Sequence record: OW967251.1
Direction: 5' to 3' (one strand)
From: a plasmid
DNA length: 64,000 bases
The translations under genes were made by a program, and so were the position numbers. Below, in pieces: positions 20,817-30,724 of the stretch. How positions within the stretch are numbered: the stretch's first letter is position 1; every line of letters begins with the position of its first letter. The notes beneath the pieces are model-generated. The model did no database searches. It was not told the DNA's origin and was given only the letters and a program-made list of their open reading frames with translations.

Positions 20817-22772
20817 TTATTGCGCGGATTGCTGACTCATGATTTCCTTAATTCGTTCCTTGGTCTTATTGGTGAGAACATCGTTTTCCGGTATTTTTTG
20901 ATTTTTCATCAGGTCGTCCATAAAATTGGTGAAATCAAGCATGTTAAAGTCGATCCTCTGGAGCTCTTCAACCGTAATCCCCCGACAGTCAGGACTGCTG
21001 GCGCCGCCAAAACCGATATGCAACTGACCATTTCTTCCCTGCTGCTGAACGATCTGCGCCAGTTTTGAGTCGAACTGGCAATAGCTCCTTTTTTTCTCCA
21101 GGCAAATCCCCAGAACCTTTTTAGAGCAGAATTCCCCGATACTGACCGTCAGCTTGTCTTTTTTCGCTTTGGCCAGCGCCTTTTCCTCGCTGCTGCAGCG
21201 TGCCAGCCCCACATCCTGGCCCCAGCCGCTGTCTTTGCAGCAGTTACTGAAGCCGGCAGCAAACTTCTTACAGAACTTCGCTTTTCCGGTGAAGGCCCGG
21301 ACATCCACCCCGTTCAGTGCCGCGACGTCCTTCCCCGCGGTAGCCAGTGCCGCCAACTCAGACACCGCCTGCCCAAAGTCGTTGCTCTTCCCGGACGTGG
21401 CTTTGTCACATTCACCATCAAGGCAGAAGACATCACCGCCGCAGATCATTTGCTTGCCACTCGTCCTGGTTTCGCAGGAATACGTTGCATATTCATGCAG
21501 GCACGTGCCTTCCTCGCTGGAGAAGGCGCACTGGCGGGATGACAGAGTACAGGCCGTATTTTTCATCAGGCTTTCACAGGAGCCGTTGTCCGCCGGTTGC
21601 GTGAGCCAGGTATCCTTATATTTCCAGCATGCTTCCGTGAACGAGTAATCCCTGCCTCCGAGGGTGATGGTTCGCGTTCCTCCCGGGCTGATACATTCCT
21701 CGCCCGTTTTTTTTCCTTCATCCTTACTGAACGGACAGCTTTCAACCCAGACGACTTCAGGTGCGTAGACGGTTTCGGTTTCTTCCATCACCAGGGTGAC
21801 CGTGACCTGTACGGGTTTCTGGCTGGCCGATGATACGGTCCGTGATGTTTTGCTTACTGAAAAGTTCTGGCCTGCATTAACCGCTTTGTCCACACCAAAC
21901 GACTGATGAATCTTCCCCTTCCCGTCATAGGTATATTTCGTACAATGCGTGTTCTGACCGCCTGAACACATCGATTCTGAACGTGGCCAGCTGATCACAT
22001 CAATGGGGAACGTTCGTTCAAAGAGGGTCAGGCTTTCACTGACTGCACTCTTGCAGCTATCCCGCACCTTCCCTTCGGAATCGCATTCTTCAATCCAGGG
22101 GATCACCAGAGGCTCACCATCCACCGAGGCATTCAGCAGACGACCATTGGTCGGGATCGTCAGGTTGCCACTCCATTGCCGGGTACTCCGGGCATAATTC
22201 AGCGTCACCACCTGCTGATAGGTTCGGTTAACTTTCTGCGTGGTGGCGTTATCCTTCAGGGTCGCTTCCCGTGTACAAAAATTTTCCACCTGCAGATCAC
22301 GTTCGCAGGTATGATTTGTGAATTCGCTGCGGTTAACAACCTGGGCGGTACAGGACTGTCCGGTATCGCCGACAATGCTGTCGGCGCGGGATTCTGTATC
22401 CTTTGCGGCCTGAATAAACGGCGCATCCTGAGATATCTGATCCGGTGGCCGGTTCGTGAACGACTCAGTAATCGCTTTGCCGGTATCTCCCTGGCTGAAC
22501 TCCAGGGCTGAATCGCTTTTCAGAGAGCTGTCTCCGCTGGCAGTGACGCCGCCATAGTATTTTGTCTGATCAGGGCTGTCGGTATACCCCGGCAGGTTTT
22601 GCTCACCACTGAAATTTTTCAGTGAGTTCAGACCATTGCTCTGCACCTGTTTCGCAAAATCCGAACCAGCTTTATAGTCGCTTCCACTGTCAGCACAGGC
22701 GGGGGATGCCAGCCAGATAAAGGCGCTCAGGACAAAAAAATGCGCAGTCAGTACGGAAATAACCGTCTTCAT
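20817..22772 (-). CDS. traN: TraN, the cysteine-rich outer-membrane mating-pair-stabilisation protein.
   Basis: About 650 aa with many conserved Cys in the C-terminal half. The start is set at the internal MKTVISVL, which is preceded by a GAGGG ribosome-binding site. Confidence 0.9.
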   Translation of the reverse strand: MKTVISVLTAHFFVLSAFIWLASPACADSGSDYKAGSDFAKQVQSNGLNSLKNFSGEQNLPGYTDSPDQTKYYGGVTASGDSSLKSDSALEFSQGDTGKAITESFTNRPPDQISQDAPFIQAAKDTESRADSIVGDTGQSCTAQVVNRSEFTNHTCERDLQVENFCTREATLKDNATTQKVNRTYQQVVTLNYARSTRQWSGNLTIPTNGRLLNASVDGEPLVIPWIEECDSEGKVRDSCKSAVSESLTLFERTFPIDVISWPRSESMCSGGQNTHCTKYTYDGKGKIHQSFGVDKAVNAGQNFSVSKTSRTVSSASQKPVQVTVTLVMEETETVYAPEVVWVESCPFSKDEGKKTGEECISPGGTRTITLGGRDYSFTEACWKYKDTWLTQPADNGSCESLMKNTACTLSSRQCAFSSEEGTCLHEYATYSCETRTSGKQMICGGDVFCLDGECDKATSGKSNDFGQAVSELAALATAGKDVAALNGVDVRAFTGKAKFCKKFAAGFSNCCKDSGWGQDVGLARCSSEEKALAKAKKDKLTVSIGEFCSKKVLGICLEKKRSYCQFDSKLAQIVQQQGRNGQLHIGFGGASSPDCRGITVEELQRIDFNMLDFTNFMDDLMKNQKIPENDVLTNKTKERIKEIMSQQSAQ

Positions 22773-22819
22773 TTCCACCCTCACCATTTCCGGTAACGCC
22801 ATGAAGTACGGTTTATCTT

Positions 22820-23458
22820 TCATGGCTGGCTCCCGGCGGCATTCGAGGGCGCATCAAGCATCTGCCGGGCCACCTGTGCGCAGTCACCGGTTTGTGCGAC
22901 TTTCTCCAGCGCCTGTTTGACGTGAATGTTACCGCGTACCACGTCATACCCGGCCTGACACCGTACCACCAGAGACGGCACACTCCGGATGCTGTACTGC
23001 GTATATAGTGTCGGGTCGATCTGCACTCCGTCGGTCACGCCATCCTTCACCAGCTGCAGCACCGCGTCAGTGGTGGTCTTCATGTCGTTATTGACGAGCC
23101 CACGCAGTGTCGCCGGAATGCCGTACTGCCGGGTTTCGTGCAGCATCCGCTTCAGCCCCTCTTCAGGTATCGAGAAGGAGACAAAGTACAGCGCCCCTTC
23201 TGCCGGCTTTTCCTGATTCGCCGCTTTCTGCTGGCTGACCAGATTATCGATAAACTGGCGGTCTGATTTGGGCAGAGGATTACGGTTGATTTGCGCCTCA
23301 AGCTCCTGCTGCAGCTGTTTATCCGGATGCTGGCGCAGCTGTTCGCTGAGGGTCTCCTGCTGCTTCAGCCATTCTCTGTCTGTAACAGAGGAGGTTTCAG
23401 CCAACACCGCTCGTCCGGTCAGCAAAAGCATGACCATAAACAGATTCATTAATTTCAT
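22820..23458 (-). CDS. trbC: TrbC, a pilus-assembly protein.
   Basis: 212 aa, the same length as F TrbC. It has a signal peptide and matches F synteny. Confidence 0.88.
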   Translation of the reverse strand: MKLMNLFMVMLLLTGRAVLAETSSVTDREWLKQQETLSEQLRQHPDKQLQQELEAQINRNPLPKSDRQFIDNLVSQQKAANQEKPAEGALYFVSFSIPEEGLKRMLHETRQYGIPATLRGLVNNDMKTTTDAVLQLVKDGVTDGVQIDPTLYTQYSIRSVPSLVVRCQAGYDVVRGNIHVKQALEKVAQTGDCAQVARQMLDAPSNAAGSQP

Positions 23459-23470
23459 GAGAGACTCCTG

Positions 23471-24463
23471 TCAGAGAAAGACACAATTGCGTTTACGCCA
23501 CATCAGATAGCCATAGTTCTTACGGGTGTTGGGTGGATTTTTACCGGCCTCCCAGCGCATCACGCTGCGCCCCACGGGATGGCACTGGCCGCTGTCCGGG
23601 TACATGTTCACCATCTGATAGCGCCAGCGCTCTTTGGGGATGATCGGGGACGGATACTCATAGCAGACCGCCTTGTCCTTCCCGATGCTCTCCATAATTT
23701 GTCCCTGCCGGTGAAGCTTGTACGCCATGCGCTCGCTGACAAGTAACGAGGACTGCAGCGGACTGGACTCGTTGCTTACCCAGCCGCTAAACGGGTACAT
23801 CGAACCCTGAGAGCCGGCACACCAGAACAGAATATCGAGTGGCATATGAAACGCGCTGGCCATAGCGTCAGCCGCGCACGCCCCCTGTGCGATGGGGTTG
23901 GCAAACAGGATGGCTTCCGGATTCAGAATGGTGGTGAGGCTGCTGTCCACCCAGGTCGGGTCAATCTCGGACAGATAGGCTATATCCATGTCTCCGCCTT
24001 CCAGACAGCCTGCGGAGGTGATGATGTTCAGCCAGTAGGTCAGCGGGTACTTGTACCAGTGAACGTGATAAAAAGCGCCGTTCACCTGCTTGTCGTCCTT
24101 TCTCGCGGTCCCCATACCGGTCTTGCCGAGATTGATACTGAAGCCCCCCAGATTGACCATACAGCCAGGCGAACGGCTGACGTCCGTCATGGCCATCGGC
24201 TCCCAGTACCCGATGGCCAGGCCGGGTCGAACAAAAATCGGTGGCGGCGCCGGACACAGCTGCAGGGGACTACCCGGATTGCTGGTATCAGGCAGATCGC
24301 CTTTACCAACCTGCACGCTGCCGAGCGACAGGGGGAAGATGCAGCGCCAGCACACATCGGTGATCGGGTTAACAAACCGGCCCTCACAGGAGGGATCAGC
24401 AGCCGCACTGAGGCTGTACCCCCACAACATCAGGGCACTCAGGAAAAGCGTCAGGGTTTTCAC
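23471..24463 (-). CDS. traU: TraU.
   Basis: 330 aa, the same length as F TraU. F-TraU-like N-terminus and Cys pattern. Confidence 0.93.
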   Translation of the reverse strand: MKTLTLFLSALMLWGYSLSAAADPSCEGRFVNPITDVCWRCIFPLSLGSVQVGKGDLPDTSNPGSPLQLCPAPPPIFVRPGLAIGYWEPMAMTDVSRSPGCMVNLGGFSINLGKTGMGTARKDDKQVNGAFYHVHWYKYPLTYWLNIITSAGCLEGGDMDIAYLSEIDPTWVDSSLTTILNPEAILFANPIAQGACAADAMASAFHMPLDILFWCAGSQGSMYPFSGWVSNESSPLQSSLLVSERMAYKLHRQGQIMESIGKDKAVCYEYPSPIIPKERWRYQMVNMYPDSGQCHPVGRSVMRWEAGKNPPNTRKNYGYLMWRKRNCVFL

Positions 24464-24473
24464 AGAAACATCC

Positions 24474-25100
24474 TTATTTTACAGGGAAGGTCTCAATATT
24501 CAGGCGTTCACCGGATGGCGCCGGCGTGATCCGCGCCGGGACCGCCGTCAGGCCAAATCGCTTGCTCAGTACGCCGTTCTGGTCGAAATAGATCCGGCTG
24601 TCCAGCGCTGCGGAGGTGTCCGGGATACTGCCACGCACCAGGATAATTTTGCTCATCAGGGTTTCCGGCACCTGACGCTTCATCCAGGCCAGCTGGTCGG
24701 CATCGTCTCCATTGATGAAGTACAGGGTCTGGACAAACGGTACGGTTTTAAGCGGGTTCACCACATCGCCCTTGCGGGCAAACACCCGCCCCTCATTGTC
24801 CTTCAGGTCTTCGGTCAGGCGGATGCTGGGATCAAACCAGCGCTGCTCGTATTTCTCCGCACGCTTAATGCCCTCCACCGGTGCCGGACGCTGACTGTTC
24901 TCGATAACCCGCTGCTTAAACGCATCCATCGTCTGGTCCCACTGGCCAGAAGATTGCAGCGACTGCAGACGCTGCGTGATGAGCTGCAGCATGTCCTGCT
25001 CCCGGACGGGCCATAAATCCCCCCAGGTACCGAGATCAGCCGCCTGAGTCAGCGGCGATAGCAGACAGGCGGCGAGCAGACAGCCTTTCAGTCGTAACAT
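24474..25100 (-). CDS. traW: TraW.
   Basis: 208 aa with a signal peptide. Its position matches F synteny. Confidence 0.88.
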   Translation of the reverse strand: MLRLKGCLLAACLLSPLTQAADLGTWGDLWPVREQDMLQLITQRLQSLQSSGQWDQTMDAFKQRVIENSQRPAPVEGIKRAEKYEQRWFDPSIRLTEDLKDNEGRVFARKGDVVNPLKTVPFVQTLYFINGDDADQLAWMKRQVPETLMSKIILVRGSIPDTSAALDSRIYFDQNGVLSKRFGLTAVPARITPAPSGERLNIETFPVK

Positions 25101-25492
25101 TACTGTTCTCCTTTCATGCGGCGGGCAATGTCGTGCTGGATGTTGCGGGTCACATCGGGCGCGCCCTGAACCACGGCAGGTGAAACCAGAATGACCACAT
25201 GATGCTGCTGCTGATACTCCGCCAGACTCTTCTCCAGCGCGTCGTTAAACCGGTCAGAGAGCGCTTTTGACTGCGCTTCTGTCAGCTGCTTCTGACTGAC
25301 ACTGTCCATAAAGCTGTCGAGCGTCTTCTTCATATCAAAAGCCACCACTCGCGGCGTGGAGTACTCCAGAACCACGCGTGAGAGAAACGCGCTGGTTGCC
25401 AGGGCGAAAAGCACGAGAGCAACGATGACAGATATCCGGCGAAAGGTATGAGAGGTCGTACTGACCGGTTGTTCGGTGTTGTTTTTCATCAC
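25100..25492 (-). CDS. trbI: TrbI.
   Basis: 130 aa with an N-terminal transmembrane segment. It lies between traC and traW as in F. Confidence 0.82.
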   Translation of the reverse strand: MMKNNTEQPVSTTSHTFRRISVIVALVLFALATSAFLSRVVLEYSTPRVVAFDMKKTLDSFMDSVSQKQLTEAQSKALSDRFNDALEKSLAEYQQQHHVVILVSPAVVQGAPDVTRNIQHDIARRMKGEQ

Positions 25493-28128
25493 TGTTTATC
25501 CTCCATGTCATTCACCGGTATTCGGGATTCAAGCTCAGCCATTTCGTCTTTAAAGTTGCGGCACGCCAGTCCGTATACCGCATCGTGGATATCGACCCCC
25601 TCCTGCCGGCGTGCTTGCATGTACTCAAAATCCGGGCCTTTGGAGGAGTACATCGCCCGGCTGAGCGGGTCGACGAACAGGCGGTGCCAGGAGCAGTTCG
25701 CTTCCACCTGCAGCATAAAAGAGGAGAACCACTGCTCTTTGGCCGAACCGAAGCCGTTAATCATGTCTTTCTCCAGCTTGCTGAACTGATCCGGGTACAG
25801 CTGGTTATACTTGGCAAATTCCTTCGCTGACTGCTTCAGAATGGCCTTGTACGACGAGTTCCCCCACGCTGCACGTGCGGCGCTGGAGGCGGTCGGGGAG
25901 TCGAAGTCGACGATGTTCTGCGTGATGGTGATGTATGCGCCGGTATGTCGACGCGCGGTACGGTAGCCTTTCTCGATAAACTGCCCCACTTTTTCATTCT
26001 TGAAATCAAGGAGCTTCCAGCCCTCATCGATGACGTTCAGTTTTTTCAGGCCACGCGGTGACTGATACATCCTGTTCTCGATGTAAATAATCAATGAAAA
26101 CATCACAGCGATAAGCAGAGAGGGCCTCGACTCCAGGCCACCGAGTTCCAGTACCACCATCCGGGCATCATCGTGGAGTGTTGGTTTATCTGAGTTGAAA
26201 TAGTCCCCGTAGATCCCATTCACCGTGTACTGATCGAGCAGGATTATCATCTCGTCCAGACGGCCCCGGATTGTCGGGGAATCAGCATATTCATCGCTGT
26301 CCTTCGCGTCCTGTAAAAACTGCACTACGTCATCAACGCGTGCCTGATTACGTTTGCTTAACCAGGCCGCCTGAACTGCCTGCAGAAGCAGGCCTTCATG
26401 GACTTCATCGAGGTTGCCGTTCGGACTGGCCATCACCGACATCTGATCGCGTATACGTTCTGCTGACATGTCGAAGTGAGCATCATCCAGCACGTTGGCG
26501 AATGGGTTAAACTTGAGGGTATCGCCATCGAGATATACGCCCCCCATGTTTTCACACAGGGACTTATAGCCATCGCCCATATCGAACACCCAGGCAAACC
26601 CGCCGGAGTCGAGCACACTGCGAATGAGGGGCTGAATCAGACCGGTTTTACCCGCCCCGGACGTCCCGCAGACCGCCATGTTGAAATTGGTATTGTTCAT
26701 TCCCTCGTAGAACAGGTCGATGAACGCCAGCTGGTTTCGGTAGGTGGGCGCCAGGAGTCCCGCCGGCGCCAGCGGGCTGTCAGCGACGATCGGCAGGAGG
26801 TTAGCCACCTGGAACGTCTCCGCCCGCTTAACCACGCCTGCCGCCTGCAGCTCTTTAAACAGACCCTCACCACACTTGAACGGCATCATGGCCAGAAAGT
26901 TACGCAGGTGATGGTAGCGGGCCGGGATAAGCTGGAAACCGCCTTTACGGTAGCTGTTGAGCACCTGCTGTTCAGCGGCGAGAGAGGCCTCTGTGCTGTC
27001 TGCGGTGTACGTGGTGATATTAAAGAAATAGGACACCAGGGAGGTCTGGTTGGTCGACAGTCGCTGGCGGATATCGCCCCACTCCTGCATTTCCTTTATC
27101 ACGTTCGGAAAGTACTTCGCGTAGGAGGTTTTGCTTTTCTTCTCCACGTCCATGAACTTCAGGTTGGCTTCGTTCTGGGTCTTCACCTGGTCCTCCACCA
27201 TCAGCGTCAGCGTGATGACAAAGGGGCAGGAAATGGAGAGCTCCGGGTTAAGCAGGTTGGCGTAGTTGTCCGCAGCGGTCCAGAGGAAGGCCATTTCCGG
27301 ATCACTCTCCAGATGGTAGCTCGTCACCCGGGTCACGCACTCTTTCCCGTCGCGCCCCAGGCGGCCAATTTTCAGATGACCAGCGGTGACCTGCATATCA
27401 AAGCTGTCATCGACACACTGATAGTTCAGATCCTGATAGGGGTCCAGCTTATACGGTACGCGGTACATTTCGTGCGGGTCCGGGTTTATCAGCTCACGCA
27501 TCAGTTCGACCAGCCCGGACGCATCAAGGATACGCGTCGGAATATAGGCACCGCCCAGTGACGCCCGCAGGATTTTTATCTGGTTCTCCATCTCGACAAT
27601 TTGCGTGGTGGAGTTCTTCTTCCTGGGTACGCAGCAGGAGATGTACACGCGGTAGTTACGCAGCGTGAGGGGCAAATCCAGATCAGGAGGCAGGGGGAAC
27701 TTCGTCTCCGCTGCCCGGAGGTAGTAGGCCTGGGTAATGGCGTTAAACTTCTTAGCCTGTTTACCACTCCAGCGGAATTCACGCAGACCATAGTCGATAT
27801 CATTGCCGACCAGTTTGCTGGAGACCAGATGAAAACTGACCGGGACGCCCCGGGGAAGTTTGCTGCGCAGTAAATGCTCCAGTGTGGCGACGATACTTTT
27901 ATCCGCACCGGGTAAAGGACGCGCCTCAAACATAAAACCGACGGTTTTGTTATTAATAAACAGACCGGTCGCGGAATCATAATCCTTATAGGGCAGAATA
28001 CGGCTGAACTGGGGGAAATTCATGCTGCCCAGCGTGTCATTGGCTTTAGCGGATTCGTCGGGCAGCTTCAGTGCTGATACGAGTGAATTCACAGCCTGGG
28101 TGACGGTATCAATGATGTTATTACTCAT
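25489..28128 (-). CDS. traC: TraC, the VirB4-like conjugative ATPase.
   Basis: 879 aa. Walker A motif (GTSGAGKTG). Size and sequence are F-TraC-like. Confidence 0.97.
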   Translation of the reverse strand: MSNNIIDTVTQAVNSLVSALKLPDESAKANDTLGSMNFPQFSRILPYKDYDSATGLFINNKTVGFMFEARPLPGADKSIVATLEHLLRSKLPRGVPVSFHLVSSKLVGNDIDYGLREFRWSGKQAKKFNAITQAYYLRAAETKFPLPPDLDLPLTLRNYRVYISCCVPRKKNSTTQIVEMENQIKILRASLGGAYIPTRILDASGLVELMRELINPDPHEMYRVPYKLDPYQDLNYQCVDDSFDMQVTAGHLKIGRLGRDGKECVTRVTSYHLESDPEMAFLWTAADNYANLLNPELSISCPFVITLTLMVEDQVKTQNEANLKFMDVEKKSKTSYAKYFPNVIKEMQEWGDIRQRLSTNQTSLVSYFFNITTYTADSTEASLAAEQQVLNSYRKGGFQLIPARYHHLRNFLAMMPFKCGEGLFKELQAAGVVKRAETFQVANLLPIVADSPLAPAGLLAPTYRNQLAFIDLFYEGMNNTNFNMAVCGTSGAGKTGLIQPLIRSVLDSGGFAWVFDMGDGYKSLCENMGGVYLDGDTLKFNPFANVLDDAHFDMSAERIRDQMSVMASPNGNLDEVHEGLLLQAVQAAWLSKRNQARVDDVVQFLQDAKDSDEYADSPTIRGRLDEMIILLDQYTVNGIYGDYFNSDKPTLHDDARMVVLELGGLESRPSLLIAVMFSLIIYIENRMYQSPRGLKKLNVIDEGWKLLDFKNEKVGQFIEKGYRTARRHTGAYITITQNIVDFDSPTASSAARAAWGNSSYKAILKQSAKEFAKYNQLYPDQFSKLEKDMINGFGSAKEQWFSSFMLQVEANCSWHRLFVDPLSRAMYSSKGPDFEYMQARRQEGVDIHDAVYGLACRNFKDEMAELESRIPVNDMEDKQ

Positions 28129-28199
28129 GCGGTCGTTCCTTTAAAAGCATTTCAAAACAACAAGGGTAATAAATGGCAAGAAGAATATTCATAGCCGCA

Positions 28200-28598
28200 C
28201 TAGAAACTCCTTCTTATAATGGAAAGCACAGGAATGAAAAACAATAAACACATGGAGGCAATAATCTGACCCATAAAGATCGCATCCAACAACATCGCCC
28301 CTTGCCACAAACAAATAAGCAGAGTGATAAATAATAAAACCACATGAAAGAAAACAATCAGGAACAGAATGTTCGCTGAGAACTCCCCATCACTAACTTC
28401 CACCTCTAAGCAGAAAAAATAAAAGATACACAAACTACAGATAATATAGATGCCTTCATGTCGAATACCCTGAAAGAAATCAGGAGAATACTCTCCTGCC
28501 AGTCCATTGTAAGTCAGCCTAGCTCCCAGATAGATGAGCCAGTAGACTGGAGGGATAAACAAAAATCCATACTTTCTAAAAAACAGCATCATATCCAT
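28200..28598 (-). CDS. Island ORF7: hypothetical polytopic membrane protein (132 aa, ~4 transmembrane segments).
   Basis: AT-rich ORF in the traV-traC interval. It is strongly hydrophobic. Confidence 0.5.
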   Translation of the reverse strand: MDMMLFFRKYGFLFIPPVYWLIYLGARLTYNGLAGEYSPDFFQGIRHEGIYIICSLCIFYFFCLEVEVSDGEFSANILFLIVFFHVVLLFITLLICLWQGAMLLDAIFMGQIIASMCLLFFIPVLSIIRRSF

Positions 28599-28605
28599 CC
28601 TCTGA

Positions 28606-28863
28606 TTATTTGCTTATAGCGTTCAGTGAGTTAAGTTGTTTATATTTCTCGTTACATTTAGCGGCAATTTTCTTCGCATCGCGAAGGGTTAATGGTCCCT
28701 GGCTATTACGGAGTGCCGTTCGAAAATCCTCACCGGCACAGGGTATTGCATGAGAAATCATTAATAACTGTTCTTCAGTCGCTGTACCGTTATCTCTGTA
28801 ATCATCGTAAACAAGATACAGCAGACCACCCCAAAAAAAAGAGTGGAAAGGCCCAGTTAACAA
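28606..28863 (-). CDS. Island ORF6: hypothetical 85 aa protein with an N-terminal hydrophobic segment and 2 Cys.
   Basis: ORF lying 7 nt upstream of ORF7 on the same strand. Confidence 0.45.
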   Translation of the reverse strand: MLTGPFHSFFWGGLLYLVYDDYRDNGTATEEQLLMISHAIPCAGEDFRTALRNSQGPLTLRDAKKIAAKCNEKYKQLNSLNAISK

Positions 28864-28893
28864 TGTTTTTAACCGCGCTCGCGACGTTTACTT

Positions 28894-29328
28894 TCATTTT
28901 TTATTCGCCTGGTATAATTCCCACTGATGGATATACGCATAATACCGCTCACCTGGCACATTAATGATGATGCCATCACAGTCCAGTTTATTAACAGGGC
29001 TGGTAAAAGCGCCTGTCGGTATGTTTACTTCAAGTGTCTTGCAGTCGTTTTTCCAGTGTCTACCTGCTTCAAGTTCATCCATCGAAAATGAGTGAATGGA
29101 GATAACGAACATCCCGCAAAACCCAACCACCGCTATAAGTGCACAGTATATGAATGTATCACCTCTGTTAACTCCAAGATTGAATTTTTCAGGGATGGCA
29201 ACCATTGCCAGCGCACCGACCACACCAATAACAAAAAGAATCAGGCATATACCGTTAAGCCATGCAACGTTATGTCCAAGTATATAGTACGTTTTCACTT
29301 TCTTATTCCTTATGCTGCATACTTTCAA
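28894..29328 (-). CDS. Island ORF5: two-transmembrane protein with a C-terminal Cys-pair domain that is paralogous to ORF2.
   Basis: The C-terminus GRHWKNDCKTLEVNIPTGAFTSPVNKLDCDGIIINV aligns with ORF2's HHWTHDCRLLETNIDKGFFSPAQNRLQCGDVIENV. Confidence 0.55.
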   Translation of the reverse strand: MKVCSIRNKKVKTYYILGHNVAWLNGICLILFVIGVVGALAMVAIPEKFNLGVNRGDTFIYCALIAVVGFCGMFVISIHSFSMDELEAGRHWKNDCKTLEVNIPTGAFTSPVNKLDCDGIIINVPGERYYAYIHQWELYQANKK

Positions 29329-29364
29329 ATAACGTGAGATTGTTAATACTGACCATCGGTCTTA

Positions 29365-29682
29365 CTATTCACCTGCCCCCATCTGATCAAAGGAATAAAT
29401 CAAGACATAAAACATATAAAAGATCACTGTGGCTGTAAAAAATCCCGTTATTACTGACAGCGTCAAATCAGGAGAACCGGCCCACATGTTTTTATCCATG
29501 AACACCATGAAAGAAAATAAAGCACTGAGACCTGTAAGCCCAAACAACATTAAAATATAGGCAAGCGCATCTCTTATAAAAACACCCATAATTACATAGC
29601 CGTAACCACAGATAATGATTGCCATTGCAAAAAACAGTCGTACATAACCATCACTATCAAAACTTAACAGAGATTCAGCCAT
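29365..29682 (-). CDS. Island ORF4: hypothetical 3-transmembrane protein (105 aa).
   Basis: Hydrophobic ORF. It abuts ORF3 with 0 nt gap. Confidence 0.5.
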   Translation of the reverse strand: MAESLLSFDSDGYVRLFFAMAIIICGYGYVIMGVFIRDALAYILMLFGLTGLSALFSFMVFMDKNMWAGSPDLTLSVITGFFTATVIFYMFYVLIYSFDQMGAGE

Positions 29683-29901
29683 TTACCCACCCTCACTCAA
29701 TGTTTCCATCACGCTGTTCAAAGGCTCGCGTGTTTTAATTTCAATGCACTCTCCTGTATTACTTCCGTAACCTCTGCCTCCACGTGCTTCGAGTACCCGT
29801 AGCATTTTTATGCAGACATCTGTATTAGGCATGGGAGTAATATCCCAAATCCCACCGCCACTACTCGGCGTCATCAGCACCAGAAAAATAAAGGCATGCA
29901 T
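29683..29901 (-). CDS. Island ORF3: small secreted protein (72 aa) with a signal peptide and 2 Cys.
   Basis: N-terminus MHAFIFLVLMTPSSGGG, followed by a hydrophilic domain with C-x20-C. Confidence 0.45.
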   Translation of the reverse strand: MHAFIFLVLMTPSSGGGIWDITPMPNTDVCIKMLRVLEARGGRGYGSNTGECIEIKTREPLNSVMETLSEGG

Positions 29902-29924
29902 ACTTTATTGCCTCTGTTTATATA

Positions 29925-30215
29925 TTAACGAATGAATATTTCTTTCATTGTCTCTGCGAGAGTTGTTTGCTTATCGCCACTTATCGCTCTGTCATAATCA
30001 GCCTTGCTGACATTTTCAATAACATCACCACACTGAAGTCGATTTTGCGCAGGAGAGAAAAACCCTTTATCAATATTAGTCTCAAGCAACCGGCAGTCAT
30101 GAGTCCAGTGGTGCGCGAGCGCCTCTGGTACAGGGTCATTACTGGAAGTAAAGAGAAAGAGATATACTAAAAATAAAGAAGCCAGAGCAAGCAGCCATTT
30201 GAATAATTCATCCAT
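29925..30215 (-). CDS. Island ORF2: membrane-anchored protein (96 aa) with the same Cys-pair domain as ORF5.
   Basis: Signal-anchor LLALASLFLVYLFLF, then the HHWTHDC...CGDVIENV domain. Confidence 0.55.
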   Translation of the reverse strand: MDELFKWLLALASLFLVYLFLFTSSNDPVPEALAHHWTHDCRLLETNIDKGFFSPAQNRLQCGDVIENVSKADYDRAISGDKQTTLAETMKEIFIR

Positions 30216-30219
30216 AACG

Positions 30220-30630
30220 TTACTTACCCTCCGTACTGAGTTTATTAATCTCTGCCTTATCTCTGTATCTCACATCCATATACCGTGTTACGCCATCCGG
30301 GCAAGACCAGGCATCTTTTGCTTTAGCCAGAAACCCTGCCTGCTGCGCTTCAAATGCGGAGATTCTGCAGTTTTTCAGCGTATAGATGACATCCTGTTTT
30401 CTGGTTTGAATCTGTTTGTATGTTGACTCAGGCTCAAGAAAGCCAAAAACTTCTGTAATCGCGACGACAATACACATTATCAGAATGATTGACTTACCCC
30501 ACCAGGACACAAACAACCTCTGCAAAAAGAAAGACATTACTACGGTAGTGACAATAACCAGCATCAACATAAAAATATATGACGAATCCTCGCGCAAAAG
30601 CAGCCATAGATATTTCATTGAGTCAGTCAT
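30220..30630 (-). CDS. Island ORF1: two-transmembrane protein (136 aa) with a C-terminal soluble domain carrying 2 Cys.
   Basis: ORF with an ATG start. It is AT-rich and sits 4 nt upstream of ORF2. Confidence 0.5.
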   Translation of the reverse strand: MTDSMKYLWLLLREDSSYIFMLMLVIVTTVVMSFFLQRLFVSWWGKSIILIMCIVVAITEVFGFLEPESTYKQIQTRKQDVIYTLKNCRISAFEAQQAGFLAKAKDAWSCPDGVTRYMDVRYRDKAEINKLSTEGK

Positions 30631-30724
30631 TTTTCAAATCCTTTCATTTTTCGTTACCGACGTTCATTTCACACGCTACCGCCCATCCCTTTCAACGCAG
30701 AGGGCACTCGTTTTAATTCAGAAA

